This document shows, piece after piece, positions 1 to 9,559 of a stretch of DNA of 64,000 nucleotides; within the stretch, counting starts at the first letter, position 1, and each line of letters opens with the position of its first letter. The DNA lies in contig JABIGF010000014.1 in the NCBI GenBank assembly GCA_018650285.1, positions 683-64,682 on the forward strand, in the 5' to 3' direction. A model generated the notes under the pieces. It was not told the DNA's origin. It saw only the letters and a list, made by a program, of their open reading frames with translations, and did not search any database. Source of the stretch: Methanobacteriota archaeon. Its GTDB lineage: Archaea; Thermoplasmatota; Poseidoniia; Poseidoniales; Thalassarchaeaceae. Both the position numbers and the translations under genes were made by a program.

Positions 1-1
1 G

Positions 2-877
2 CGTGCTAATCTTGAACTTCCTCAACATGGAGAACCTACACTCCGTGAAGTATCTCGATGTATGCGCGCATGCAGAAAATCTGTAGAATACGACCCTGAA
101 AACCGCCCCGCTTGGTGGCGTGGAGGGCAAATACTCGTCCAAGAACTCGGGATGCTTGAAGAAGCTCTCAGTTGGTGGCAAAGACGCCGCGAAGTATCGC
201 CAACCGACCCCGAGCCACTGATTGAACAAGTAGCAATTCTATCTGACCTCGGACAATATGGTGCTGCTGCAGAGAGATTAAACCAACTCTGGGCAGAAGG
301 AATGGACGTCATGGCTCATTCGCAATTAATGCAAACAGCCCGACTTCATGGCACCGTGAAAAAGGCTGCAGACCGTGAAAAAACCCTCATTTTCCAACCT
401 TGGGAAAATGACCATCCTGGGTGGAAAGATATTGAATTTCAACGCAAGAAAAAACCAGCAAACGAACAAGTCACCTTCCTCATGCTTGCTGGACCTATCG
501 TCATGACCGAAGTGTTGTTATGGAATTCAATTGAATTCTCTGGTTCAGTATGGTTGCCTATGATTTCCGGATTTTTACTAGTTGTTGCAACCGTACTTAT
601 CGGCGTAAAATGGTCAAAATCAGTCACAATGCGACTAAATCGGCCTGCTTACAATGTTATCAGAGCAACTGATGTTGAAATGAGTTCAGGAAAAGTCTGC
701 TTCCCAACTGATTGGCGCCCTCTAAAGCTCTATCAAACCCTACTCAAATATCGAACTAAGGCATTCCAAGAACGTCTTGAAAAGGTGGTAAAATCAAATG
801 AACCTCTACCTAAAAATTGGAGGCCACGGATACCAGACCTCACTACTGTTGACATCGTTTTTGAGGAAGAAGAGTGA
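2..877 (+). CDS. TPR-like repeat membrane protein, 5'-truncated by the window edge
   Basis: The frame is open from base 2. TPR-like helices (YDPENRPAWW...EEALSWW, EQVAILSDLGQY) are followed by two hydrophobic segments. Confidence 0.65.
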   Translation, partial: RANLELPQHGEPTLREVSRCMRACRKSVEYDPENRPAWWRGGQILVQELGMLEEALSWWQRRREVSPTDPEPLIEQVAILSDLGQYGAAAERLNQLWAEGMDVMAHSQLMQTARLHGTVKKAADREKTLIFQPWENDHPGWKDIEFQRKKKPANEQVTFLMLAGPIVMTEVLLWNSIEFSGSVWLPMISGFLLVVATVLIGVKWSKSVTMRLNRPAYNVIRATDVEMSSGKVCFPTDWRPLKLYQTLLKYRTKAFQERLEKVVKSNEPLPKNWRPRIPDLTTVDIVFEEEE

Positions 878-887
878 CATTTTCTAG

Positions 888-2153
888 TTAAGTACCGTGT
901 GAATAATCTTCGTGGTATGCTTTCTGCTCTGCCGTTAATTCGTCTAGTTGTCGGCCTTCTGCTGCTAGTTTGAAGCCTGCCAATTCTGAATCTTGTTGAT
1001 GAGAGATGTCATAGACCAAGTTATCGTAACCCTTCCCTTCAGCCGCTAGTAAGCAAAGTGAGAGGAATTGATTTGCAAATGACATATCCATCACTTCCGA
1101 AGGATGGCCTTCAGCCGCTGCTAAGTTAACTAAACGACCGCGAGCAAGTAAGTGGATTTGACGCCCATTTTTCATTGAAAATTCCTCGTTATCGGTGCGT
1201 ATCGTACGCACTGAATCAGACAACGATTCCAAATCAGGCACATTGATTTCACAATCATAATGGCCAGTATTACAGACGATTGCACCGTTCTTCATTGACT
1301 CAAAGTGGCGCCCAACCAACACATCAACCATCCCAGTTGCAGTACAAAATATATCGCCAACTTTTGCAGCATCATCCATCTGCATTACTTGGAATCCATC
1401 CATGTGTGCCTTGAGAGCTGCTAGAGGATCAATCTCCGTAATTACGACATTCGAGCCCATTCCTCGGGCTCGATTTGCCAATCCTTTACCACAGTGACCA
1501 TATCCAGCAATAACAAAAGTTTTGCCTGCCAATAATACAGAAGTTGCTCGCAGTATCCCATCTAATGTAGATTGCCCCGTGCCATGAACATTGTCAAAAT
1601 CCCATTTTGTAATCGCGTCATTAACCGCAATAACCGGATAGCGAAGTTTTCCAGCATCAGCCATCCCTCTCAGCCTGTGAACACCAGTAGTGGTTTCTTC
1701 TGTACCCCCAATCACCTTGTCCATTGCATCGGTGCGTGAATCATGAACTCTGAAAATTAGGTCAGCCCCATCATCCAAAGTCAAGGTAGGTTCGGCATCA
1801 ATTGTTTGGTCGATACACCAGTAGAAATCTTCTACTGACTGGCCATGCCAAGCGTAAATTCCGTATCCTTCTCTTGCTAACCAAGCAGCGACATCGTCCT
1901 GAGTTGAAAGTGGATTGCATCCCGACCATGAAACTTTAGCACCGGCAGCCGCAATCGTCTCAATTAGCACTGCGGTCTCTTTGGTAACATGTAAACAACC
2001 GGCAACAGTCATACCTGCTAGGGGTTGTTCCTTCTCTGCTTTCTCTTTCAAAAGAGCGAGTACAGGCATCCTACTACGAGCCCAATCAACCCTTAGTGCA
2101 CCTTCATCAGCCAAGCTGAGGTCTGCAACCTTGTATTCGGCGCCTTCGTCCAT
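888..2153 (-). CDS. ahcY: Adenosylhomocysteinase (SAH hydrolase)
   Basis: Motifs GCLHVTKET, CNPLSTQDD, LDDGADL, EETTTG, GYGHCGKG and GRLVNL..AEGHP. Likely start is MDEGAEY at 2153; the ORF track starts at 2186. Confidence 0.97.
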   Translation of the reverse strand: MDEGAEYKVADLSLADEGALRVDWARSRMPVLALLKEKAEKEQPLAGMTVAGCLHVTKETAVLIETIAAAGAKVSWSGCNPLSTQDDVAAWLAREGYGIYAWHGQSVEDFYWCIDQTIDAEPTLTLDDGADLIFRVHDSRTDAMDKVIGGTEETTTGVHRLRGMADAGKLRYPVIAVNDAITKWDFDNVHGTGQSTLDGILRATSVLLAGKTFVIAGYGHCGKGLANRARGMGSNVVITEIDPLAALKAHMDGFQVMQMDDAAKVGDIFCTATGMVDVLVGRHFESMKNGAIVCNTGHYDCEINVPDLESLSDSVRTIRTDNEEFSMKNGRQIHLLARGRLVNLAAAEGHPSEVMDMSFANQFLSLCLLAAEGKGYDNLVYDISHQQDSELAGFKLAAEGRQLDELTAEQKAYHEDYSHGT

Positions 2154-2243
2154 TGAATCGGCGAAACGGACTTGGTTCAAAAGCACGCGGTAGAACCCTT
2201 CAAGGTGAAATTCTCAAATGCTAGAGATGTGCGAATCGGCAAC

Positions 2244-2292
2244 CCTCCCTTTGCAGGGAGGTGGCCACAGCTGCCAAACGGCAGCCGCGGCC
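2244..2292 (-). other. Tandem GC-rich hairpins just after the stop of the 2123-aa gene (3' UTR structure or terminator candidate)
   Basis: Minus strand: GGCCGCGGCTGCC-GTTT-GGCAGCTGTGGCC (13 bp including 2 G-U), then CCTCCCT-GCAA-AGGGAGG (GNRA loop). Confidence 0.55.
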
Positions 2293-2294
2293 CG

Positions 2295-5200
2295 TCACTG
2301 TTGGCCGAAATGGCCGGCATACTGTTGGGCGTATTGCCGAGCAGTGTCCTCAGGGTAGCCTTGTGCAATCAACTGCTGCACATATGCTTCCATTGGGTCC
2401 ATGTCTTCAACATTAGCGAAACCAGTTTCATCAGAGGAACCGCCACGCACACGGATTACAAGCAGAGTAGCAATTACAATCACAAGTAGAGCAAGTGCAC
2501 CAATTCCAGCAAAGAGGATTGTGTTAGACAATCCACCACCGCCTTGGGTGTCAGTTCCTCCACTATCACAGCCATCAGCTGTTGGGTCTGCTACACAAGG
2601 ATCAACATCAACAACCACTGGTGGTAGGTTGATGTCTATCTGTTGGTAAAGAGTCCATGTCTGACCATCACCCTCAACAATCTTCAGATAAATTGTCTGA
2701 GTTGAGCCATTTTCATCATACAAGTCTTCTACCTTCAACTTGAGACTGAATGCCGAGCCATCGCCAAGGTTACGTACATCTGCAAACTTGCCATCACGCA
2801 ACTGCTTAACCTTCTCATCGATTGTCTCATTCAAGATTGATGAATCCAATGCTGCTTCAATTGCTACATCTCCACCTTCGCTTCCAGAGAGAACTGAACC
2901 ATTAACCCAAACATAATCGCCAGTTTGAGTTGAACCGTCTAATGGAGTTGCAATTTCCCAAACAGGTGCATCATCACCCCAATCCTCAGGTACAATCACG
3001 AAATACATCTTGACCTTCTCAGAATCTCGACCTGCTCGGTCAAGAACTTCCAACTCAATACGAATTGGGTTTTCAGCAAATCCAGATGGGTCTGCAGTTT
3101 GGTTATGGAATGTGTATGTCCAGTCACAGCCCATTGCTGCAGTACGCTCAAAGGTGTGGCCATCATAATCGTTAGATGGGTTGTTCCATGGGTAATCCTG
3201 GAAGACCTTCCAAGTGTATGTGGTAATGCCACTCTCTCCACCCATTGCATCTGGGTCGTTTGAGCCACAAGCATCGAACTTGACCTTCACGTCACCACTT
3301 GCAGACAACTTTGCAAGGTATACTGGCCAGTCTGAACCACCAGAACTCTTGGTTCCATGGTCTTCCAAACTGTCAGGGTATAGTGGGTGCTCATCCACAG
3401 TTACGTTTGCAACTGGGTCTGATTCATCAGCCAAGATATCGTTTGTCTGTAGAGTTAGGTGAGTGATTCTTGTGTGTCCTGCTGCATCATGTAGGTATAG
3501 TGTGACATCCCATGAAGCATCTTGGATACAACCAGTGCCGTCAGGGTTTGTGTCAATTAAACAGAAAGTAACCTGATGTGAATCATCAGCACGGTGTGCA
3601 TATACAACATTTGGTGGGAACTGATTTCGGTCCCAATCTGTTGAACCTCTGATTTCCCAATCTGCATCTAAGCCTGCTAGAGTAGATGTGAAAGCAAAGT
3701 CAACAATACTACTTGACTTGAGATAAACTGTATCTGCATATTCACCTGACGCATCTGCTTGAGATGGTGCTGCACCGTTTACTGTGAGGTCCCATCCGTT
3801 ACCAGCAATTCCAAGTTCTGTTGGATATGGAGTCACTTGGTAAGCAAGCAAGTTGCTACGTAGAGGTGACGATGTACTGCCGTAAGGTTCTGAGACGCTT
3901 GGATTCTCAACATCTATTGTACTAACAATCAAACCACCACTACCTACACCACAAGTAGCAAGCATGTGCATGCTTGAATCTGAACTGTGACTTAGCAAAC
4001 TGTGGAAAGTTCCCTGTTGTGCATTGATGAGGCCGCCACAAGGTGTCGGCAACTTGTTTGCACCAGCACTTGCAGTAGACAATGCTGCATTTGCAACATA
4101 GTTACCGTTATTCATTCCTAACCATGCAGTATCACTTACATTTGCAAGAAGTGGATGATATGGGTCTGCGATATTGAGATCGCTATGACCGACTTGGTTA
4201 CCTGATGTATCACGGTTGAGAACAACCATGTTATACAACAAATTGTCATCTAATCCCTCAGCATACGGGCCAAGATGGACTTCAATTGTTCCACCAGCCA
4301 TCATGTAATTCTTCAAGATTGTTTCAGTTGCTGATTCACCAAGACGACCGTAGTAGTTTCCAGCCTGCACATTTGCAGTAGTCTGCCATGGGAGTAGAAC
4401 CTTGGAGTAGTGGTCAAGCCAACCACTCGCTAGGTATGTATCCCAATCCACTTGACGGAACTGTGTGTAGGTCAAGCCCATAGAATCCAAATCTTGTTTG
4501 ACACTCTGTAATCTGTTTTGGTCAGTTGGATTAGATAGAATCGCAACATCTACAGTATCAGCGAAACTGATTGTAAAGTTACGTTGGTTCCCTGATGGTG
4601 TACCATCAACGAGTTCAGCATAGAAACGTAAGTCATATGTCTCTCCATCAGTCCAACCATTATACGGTTGGAAAGTTGCCTGACTGTTTTCATGTGAGGT
4701 AAGAGTGATTGGACTATTTGTTGAAGTCGTGGAAGAAACTGTTGTTCCAGATGAATCAACGATATCTAGGTAGATATTGTAGTCACCAGCAAGTACACCG
4801 TTGCTCAGAGGCACGGTGAATTGATGAGTCAACGCTTGGTCAATAGGATAGACACAGTCGTAGTCTACATCTTCTACACAATCTAAGACATCTGGTCGAT
4901 AAAGTGTGACATCAACGGAAGCCACCTCGAAAATAACCTTTGAAACGTTGTTTCCAAGAGCTACTTCTGCAACATTGGTCCAGTTGTTTCCTGCTGTAGT
5001 GTTGTCAAAGATACTCATGACATCAATTCGATAAATTCCTTGTTGGAAGTTATGTGTAGCAATGGAAACATTGCGCTCTTCACGGGCATCAATTCCAGTA
5101 ACACTCGCGGTATAAGACTGGTCTGGGGTGAAGGTATACTCTTGCACTGTCAGGTTATCAATTGCGAAACCTGCGAAACCTGCCTGGCCGTTAATTCCAT

Positions 5201-8200
5201 CACCATTTGATAGGAAACGGAAAGTTAAGTCGACCTCTGCTCCAGCCATTGAAGTACACTCGGTACGCCACTGGGTAGATGCACCTGTGCGGTTCTGCAA
5301 TACAATGTGAGTCAAATCAAGTGTGACTGACTTTACAATTCCTTCACTGTCAAACCATACAACATAGTTCCCTTGATCTGTGTGGTCACCGATGTATTCA
5401 ACTTCGTCAAAGGTACCATCTTCATCAATATCTTCACAAGACTGATTTGGACCACCAAGAATTCCATTCTCATTGTAATCGTTCCATGAACCATAAACTA
5501 ATCCTTCGTAAGTTTGAGAGCCCTTTCTCCAACTAATCTCAAGTGCCGCATATTCGTTGACGTTCACAATGTTACCATTTGAATCTGTCAAATAATCTGA
5601 CTCTGCGAAATAATCATAAGTCAAGTAGGCAAAATCTCCGCCCATGTTTCTCAGGTCAATTGTTTGGAGAGTCATTGACTCGTTCCAATCATCACCATAG
5701 CCAGTATCTGGATGTCCGAACCAGTAGGCATTGCTACCAAACAGAGGTCGGTTACCTGGTACAATCGCATTTTGCACGCTTGCATCGCTATCATCGACAA
5801 TTCCACCAACACCGTCGCTGTCATCGCCAAACATGTATGCACATGCGCTTGGCTCAAAGTCCTCTACATCCTTACATGGATTTGTAAAGAGAGCATTTGG
5901 TTGTGCTGTGTATACTGTTGCTTGAACGTCAAAGTCCATCACAGTATTTCCAGAGTTTTCAACAATCACATCAATTGGCATATCACCAGAAGCATACAAC
6001 TGCCCACGGCCAAACGAAGTTATCTCATTGACTGCTGGGTCGTACAAATTTAGGACATTCATCTTCCAACGAGTATCATCGTTGCTTGAATCTTCATTTG
6101 CAAATCCTGTCGGAGCAGATAGTGCTCCTTCAATCATATATTCGGTACCATTCACAAAGTAAGCATTCAGAGTAATTGTCTGCTCGTCACCAGGAGCGAA
6201 GTTGTTGAGGTTAAGGGTCTGAGAGACCGGCTGAACCTGTCCGTATTGAGTGATTGTCTTCTTGATAGAGAGGTTGTCAAACGCCATTCCATCCCACTGG
6301 GTGTTTCGAGATGTGTTGTCACGCCCTACACTTCCTTCGTAACCTGTTCGGAAACGGAATCGAAGGTCAATTGTCTGGCCAGCCCATGGAGTCAAATCCA
6401 ATGAGTCGTTTCCAGACAAATCCATCCAACTGTAATTTGTTCCTGTGAAATGGTAGATGCTACTCGTGTATTCAACTGAGCCACCATTTCTATAATACTC
6501 ATTGAGTCTTACAAGGTCATACCCACCACGATAAATGACTGGGACCCAGCCTTCATCATCAGTATATACATCAATGTTACATGAGTCATCAAAAATTACC
6601 ATTCCAGAGATTGAACCCTGGGCATTGACATAATGGACAACTGAATATCCTGCACTGCAGAAGAGATCCAGTTCAAGTGAAGCTGCATCAGCACCAGTTA
6701 AATCGATATTTCTGAGAATCATTCCCTCATCTTGATTGGATAAGTATCCACTTTCCATCTGATTACTAGATGTTGCATTTGGATGCCATGTCCCAGCCCA
6801 CATGTAATCCGTCGGATTCACATCGGCTTCCCAACCATCAGGAGATGTAGAGTGGTTCGCTGCAACCTCTTCGTGCCAGAAGAATTCTTCATTATCATAA
6901 TCGGCATATGCCCAAGTACATCCTGTACCACAATTTACTGCCGCTGCTGTTTCATAATCATTTGAATAAACAACAGTATCAGCACCACCAGTGATTTCTT
7001 TGACTGAAACATCAACATCAACACTACCTGAAATAGAATCAAGGCCAGTGTTTTGCACAGTCACATTCACTTCACGAGTACCTTCACCAATGGTCATACG
7101 ACCAGTATCTGGATTGAAACTAGCCGGCGAGACTGTTATCCCTGATATCCCTAGGTCTTCATTGTCAAGTTGAACGACTGAGATTGCATCAAGATTACCG
7201 CATCCAAAACCATTCAGTTGTGGATTCAATGGGTCAAACGCACATCCCTTTGAGTCAATATGTAGAGCACCGTTAGAGTATTGGTATGTGTAATCACGAT
7301 TACCGATTGCTAAGTCAAGTGCACTCGATGCGCCACCAGCAAACTGGCCTACTAGAACCATTGTTGGTCGACGACCAACAGGCATTGACTGAGGGGTATG
7401 GAATCCACCAGAACCATCAGAAAGAATGATTTGAACGGTGTTCAATTCTTCCAAGTTATCCATTGAGTATGATGTAACAGTATTACCACTTGCACCAGTC
7501 AAACTAGTGATGGTAGAAGTTGTTGGCACAACCATGTCAATAGCACCATCTTGGTTAACATCCTGCAATTCAACCGAGGCAGGTACGAATGAACCTATAC
7601 TCGGAGATATGGCAATCTGTTGCCAATTGCTCTGAGATGGACAAGGTGCTGCTGCGCAACTCTGCAATACAACAGATGTCAAATTGGTAATTGCCATTGT
7701 GTCAATCTTTCCATCGCTATCTTCATCAGCGATATCAAATTCACCACTTTCAGAATTCAACTTGATTGTGTGTTGCTTGTTTGGGTCGTTCCATGCTGCG
7801 AATGTGTCGAGCGTACATTCGAATTCAACAATTGATACGTTATCCCAATCACCATCTTGGAAACCTGTCGCTGCATTAAATCCTGGCCAGAAATGTAGGA
7901 ATGCATCTAAGTCGTCACAATCATTTCCAATTGGACCACCAACTACTGCCTCACCAAAGTTTCCAAGTCTAATATCTGCATAGACCTTATTTGCCAAATT
8001 ATCAAGAGTTGTAATCTTGTGATTTGTTGCTGCGTTGTTTCGCTGTGCTCCACCCAAATAGGTCAACAAACGCTGAGTACCTGAAGCCATATCTTGTAAT
8101 TCAAGAACTACAATATCATCAACACCATCTCCGTTGACATCATCAATTTGGAAATTCCATACGATGTCCCCCATGGTGTATACTGCGTCCTCAGTAAAAG

Positions 8201-8666
8201 AACCGGCACAGTCATCATTCGTTAGAACAGTCAGGTTACCTCGAATAACTTCTGTAGAACCCCAAATTTGGATATTTCCTTGATAGAAGACTATGTCATC
8301 CTTGCCGTCATCATCAATATCTCCAACTTCAACACCGCCAACATCCGCAATATCGGTAAAACCTGCACGGCGGGTTGCATTGTTTGAAACCCACAAGTCC
8401 GTTCGGTCTTGGTAAGTTCCACCATCATTCCAGAGAATGGACAAGAAATTGCCCATCTCGCTCGCGGTCACGATATCATCATCACCATCACAATCGAAGT
8501 CACCAGTTGCAAGATCCAAAGGATTTCTTGTTACTGGGTACTGTTTCGAATTGCTCGCTGCGACATCCAATACTGCCAACGAAGTTGACAGCACCATTAA
8601 TGCAACCAGTGCGACGGCTTTAACTCGTGCCTTGTTCATGTTCAGTTCAAAGGTATGGCTCGACAT
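2295..8666 (-). CDS. Giant cell-surface protein with FG-GAP repeats, CARDB/Ig-like, jelly-roll and PKD-like domains and a C-terminal membrane anchor
   Basis: Signal peptide; FG-GAP motifs (GDFDCDGDDDIV, GDIDDDGKDDIV, DDVNGDGVDDIV, DVNQDGAIDMV); two LxFRF...G..IDNL-type modules; PKD-like VKFDACGSNDPD..ITTYTW; TM segment near the C-terminus. Confidence 0.8.
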   Translation of the reverse strand: MSSHTFELNMNKARVKAVALVALMVLSTSLAVLDVAASNSKQYPVTRNPLDLATGDFDCDGDDDIVTASEMGNFLSILWNDGGTYQDRTDLWVSNNATRRAGFTDIADVGGVEVGDIDDDGKDDIVFYQGNIQIWGSTEVIRGNLTVLTNDDCAGSFTEDAVYTMGDIVWNFQIDDVNGDGVDDIVVLELQDMASGTQRLLTYLGGAQRNNAATNHKITTLDNLANKVYADIRLGNFGEAVVGGPIGNDCDDLDAFLHFWPGFNAATGFQDGDWDNVSIVEFECTLDTFAAWNDPNKQHTIKLNSESGEFDIADEDSDGKIDTMAITNLTSVVLQSCAAAPCPSQSNWQQIAISPSIGSFVPASVELQDVNQDGAIDMVVPTTSTITSLTGASGNTVTSYSMDNLEELNTVQIILSDGSGGFHTPQSMPVGRRPTMVLVGQFAGGASSALDLAIGNRDYTYQYSNGALHIDSKGCAFDPLNPQLNGFGCGNLDAISVVQLDNEDLGISGITVSPASFNPDTGRMTIGEGTREVNVTVQNTGLDSISGSVDVDVSVKEITGGADTVVYSNDYETAAAVNCGTGCTWAYADYDNEEFFWHEEVAANHSTSPDGWEADVNPTDYMWAGTWHPNATSSNQMESGYLSNQDEGMILRNIDLTGADAASLELDLFCSAGYSVVHYVNAQGSISGMVIFDDSCNIDVYTDDEGWVPVIYRGGYDLVRLNEYYRNGGSVEYTSSIYHFTGTNYSWMDLSGNDSLDLTPWAGQTIDLRFRFRTGYEGSVGRDNTSRNTQWDGMAFDNLSIKKTITQYGQVQPVSQTLNLNNFAPGDEQTITLNAYFVNGTEYMIEGALSAPTGFANEDSSNDDTRWKMNVLNLYDPAVNEITSFGRGQLYASGDMPIDVIVENSGNTVMDFDVQATVYTAQPNALFTNPCKDVEDFEPSACAYMFGDDSDGVGGIVDDSDASVQNAIVPGNRPLFGSNAYWFGHPDTGYGDDWNESMTLQTIDLRNMGGDFAYLTYDYFAESDYLTDSNGNIVNVNEYAALEISWRKGSQTYEGLVYGSWNDYNENGILGGPNQSCEDIDEDGTFDEVEYIGDHTDQGNYVVWFDSEGIVKSVTLDLTHIVLQNRTGASTQWRTECTSMAGAEVDLTFRFLSNGDGINGQAGFAGFAIDNLTVQEYTFTPDQSYTASVTGIDAREERNVSIATHNFQQGIYRIDVMSIFDNTTAGNNWTNVAEVALGNNVSKVIFEVASVDVTLYRPDVLDCVEDVDYDCVYPIDQALTHQFTVPLSNGVLAGDYNIYLDIVDSSGTTVSSTTSTNSPITLTSHENSQATFQPYNGWTDGETYDLRFYAELVDGTPSGNQRNFTISFADTVDVAILSNPTDQNRLQSVKQDLDSMGLTYTQFRQVDWDTYLASGWLDHYSKVLLPWQTTANVQAGNYYGRLGESATETILKNYMMAGGTIEVHLGPYAEGLDDNLLYNMVVLNRDTSGNQVGHSDLNIADPYHPLLANVSDTAWLGMNNGNYVANAALSTASAGANKLPTPCGGLINAQQGTFHSLLSHSSDSSMHMLATCGVGSGGLIVSTIDVENPSVSEPYGSTSSPLRSNLLAYQVTPYPTELGIAGNGWDLTVNGAAPSQADASGEYADTVYLKSSSIVDFAFTSTLAGLDADWEIRGSTDWDRNQFPPNVVYAHRADDSHQVTFCLIDTNPDGTGCIQDASWDVTLYLHDAAGHTRITHLTLQTNDILADESDPVANVTVDEHPLYPDSLEDHGTKSSGGSDWPVYLAKLSASGDVKVKFDACGSNDPDAMGGESGITTYTWKVFQDYPWNNPSNDYDGHTFERTAAMGCDWTYTFHNQTADPSGFAENPIRIELEVLDRAGRDSEKVKMYFVIVPEDWGDDAPVWEIATPLDGSTQTGDYVWVNGSVLSGSEGGDVAIEAALDSSILNETIDEKVKQLRDGKFADVRNLGDGSAFSLKLKVEDLYDENGSTQTIYLKIVEGDGQTWTLYQQIDINLPPVVVDVDPCVADPTADGCDSGGTDTQGGGGLSNTILFAGIGALALLVIVIATLLVIRVRGGSSDETGFANVEDMDPMEAYVQQLIAQGYPEDTARQYAQQYAGHFGQQ

Positions 8667-8845
8667 ACAAACACAACCGACTTTGTGCCTTCTTATTACT
8701 CCTTTCGTGCGCGTGTGCGAGTGCTGCTTCGTAAAATTGCTTGCAGTACAACGTTTAACATTTGCGAATATGTCGCCACCGAGTGGTTCGCAATACTCCT
8801 AGAATAACCAGAAAGTTGATGATTTACCATCAATGAAAACCAATT

Positions 8846-9478
8846 TCAAGGGGCATCAAGCCAAGCAGGTGAAGGGCCAAATCCTTCTTTAGTTCCGCCA
8901 TAAATTTTCACTAATTTTCCTAGTTGATATTGAGTTTCAAGCCACCCCTCGACAAGGTCATCGTCTAGGTCATGGCGCCCATGAATTGTTTTGATTATCA
9001 CATCGGCCGGTAAACCCATTACACCAAATCTACGAACTGCTATGCGCAATGCCTCGCGCAACCAACCCTCTGCTTCAGGTTCAGTTGAAGGTGACCCTTG
9101 AGGTGGTTTTGGCATCTCATCATATTCATCAAGAATTGCCCTGAGGTCGATGACCGTTGGTGATTCTTCCTTGAAGATTCCAAGTTTGGCCATCTCTTCT
9201 TCAATACTCAACTCGCCGATAATCCTCCTCACTGTGAGAACTTTCGAAGGGTCGGGAGTCGGCCCAGGTAAGGGCTTCTTCCCCCTTTGTGATGTAGTTG
9301 AAGATGAAATGATTGGGTCGCCGTCCGAACCAATTGAAAGTCGCTCAAGCAAACCAATATCAGTCAATTCCAATTGCTCCCTCCAATTTTCAACCCAATT
9401 TCGCTCACCTTCAACTAGGATTTCAATCCCTTCATCGGGTGAGCGGAAGCGGAAGCAGGTGCGGATTTCGTCTACCAC
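8846..9478 (-). CDS. Hypothetical protein
   Basis: 210-aa ORF filling the gap between two large genes, with a promoter-like TTCAAG 25 nt upstream. No family recognised. Confidence 0.7.
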   Translation of the reverse strand: MVDEIRTCFRFRSPDEGIEILVEGERNWVENWREQLELTDIGLLERLSIGSDGDPIISSSTTSQRGKKPLPGPTPDPSKVLTVRRIIGELSIEEEMAKLGIFKEESPTVIDLRAILDEYDEMPKPPQGSPSTEPEAEGWLREALRIAVRRFGVMGLPADVIIKTIHGRHDLDDDLVEGWLETQYQLGKLVKIYGGTKEGFGPSPAWLDAP

Positions 9479-9559
9479 GAACCAATAGCGAGCGGGGGTG
9501 GTTCTTGAACCAACCGTTGTAAAGTCACATCATATTTGCAAATAAAAACGGAACTTGAC

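Noticed and set aside
2154..2294. Known SAH or SAM riboswitch upstream of ahcY
   Set aside because: I do not see the SAH riboswitch consensus. ahcY has its own TATA-like element 21 nt before the ATG, which places the hairpins outside its likely transcript.
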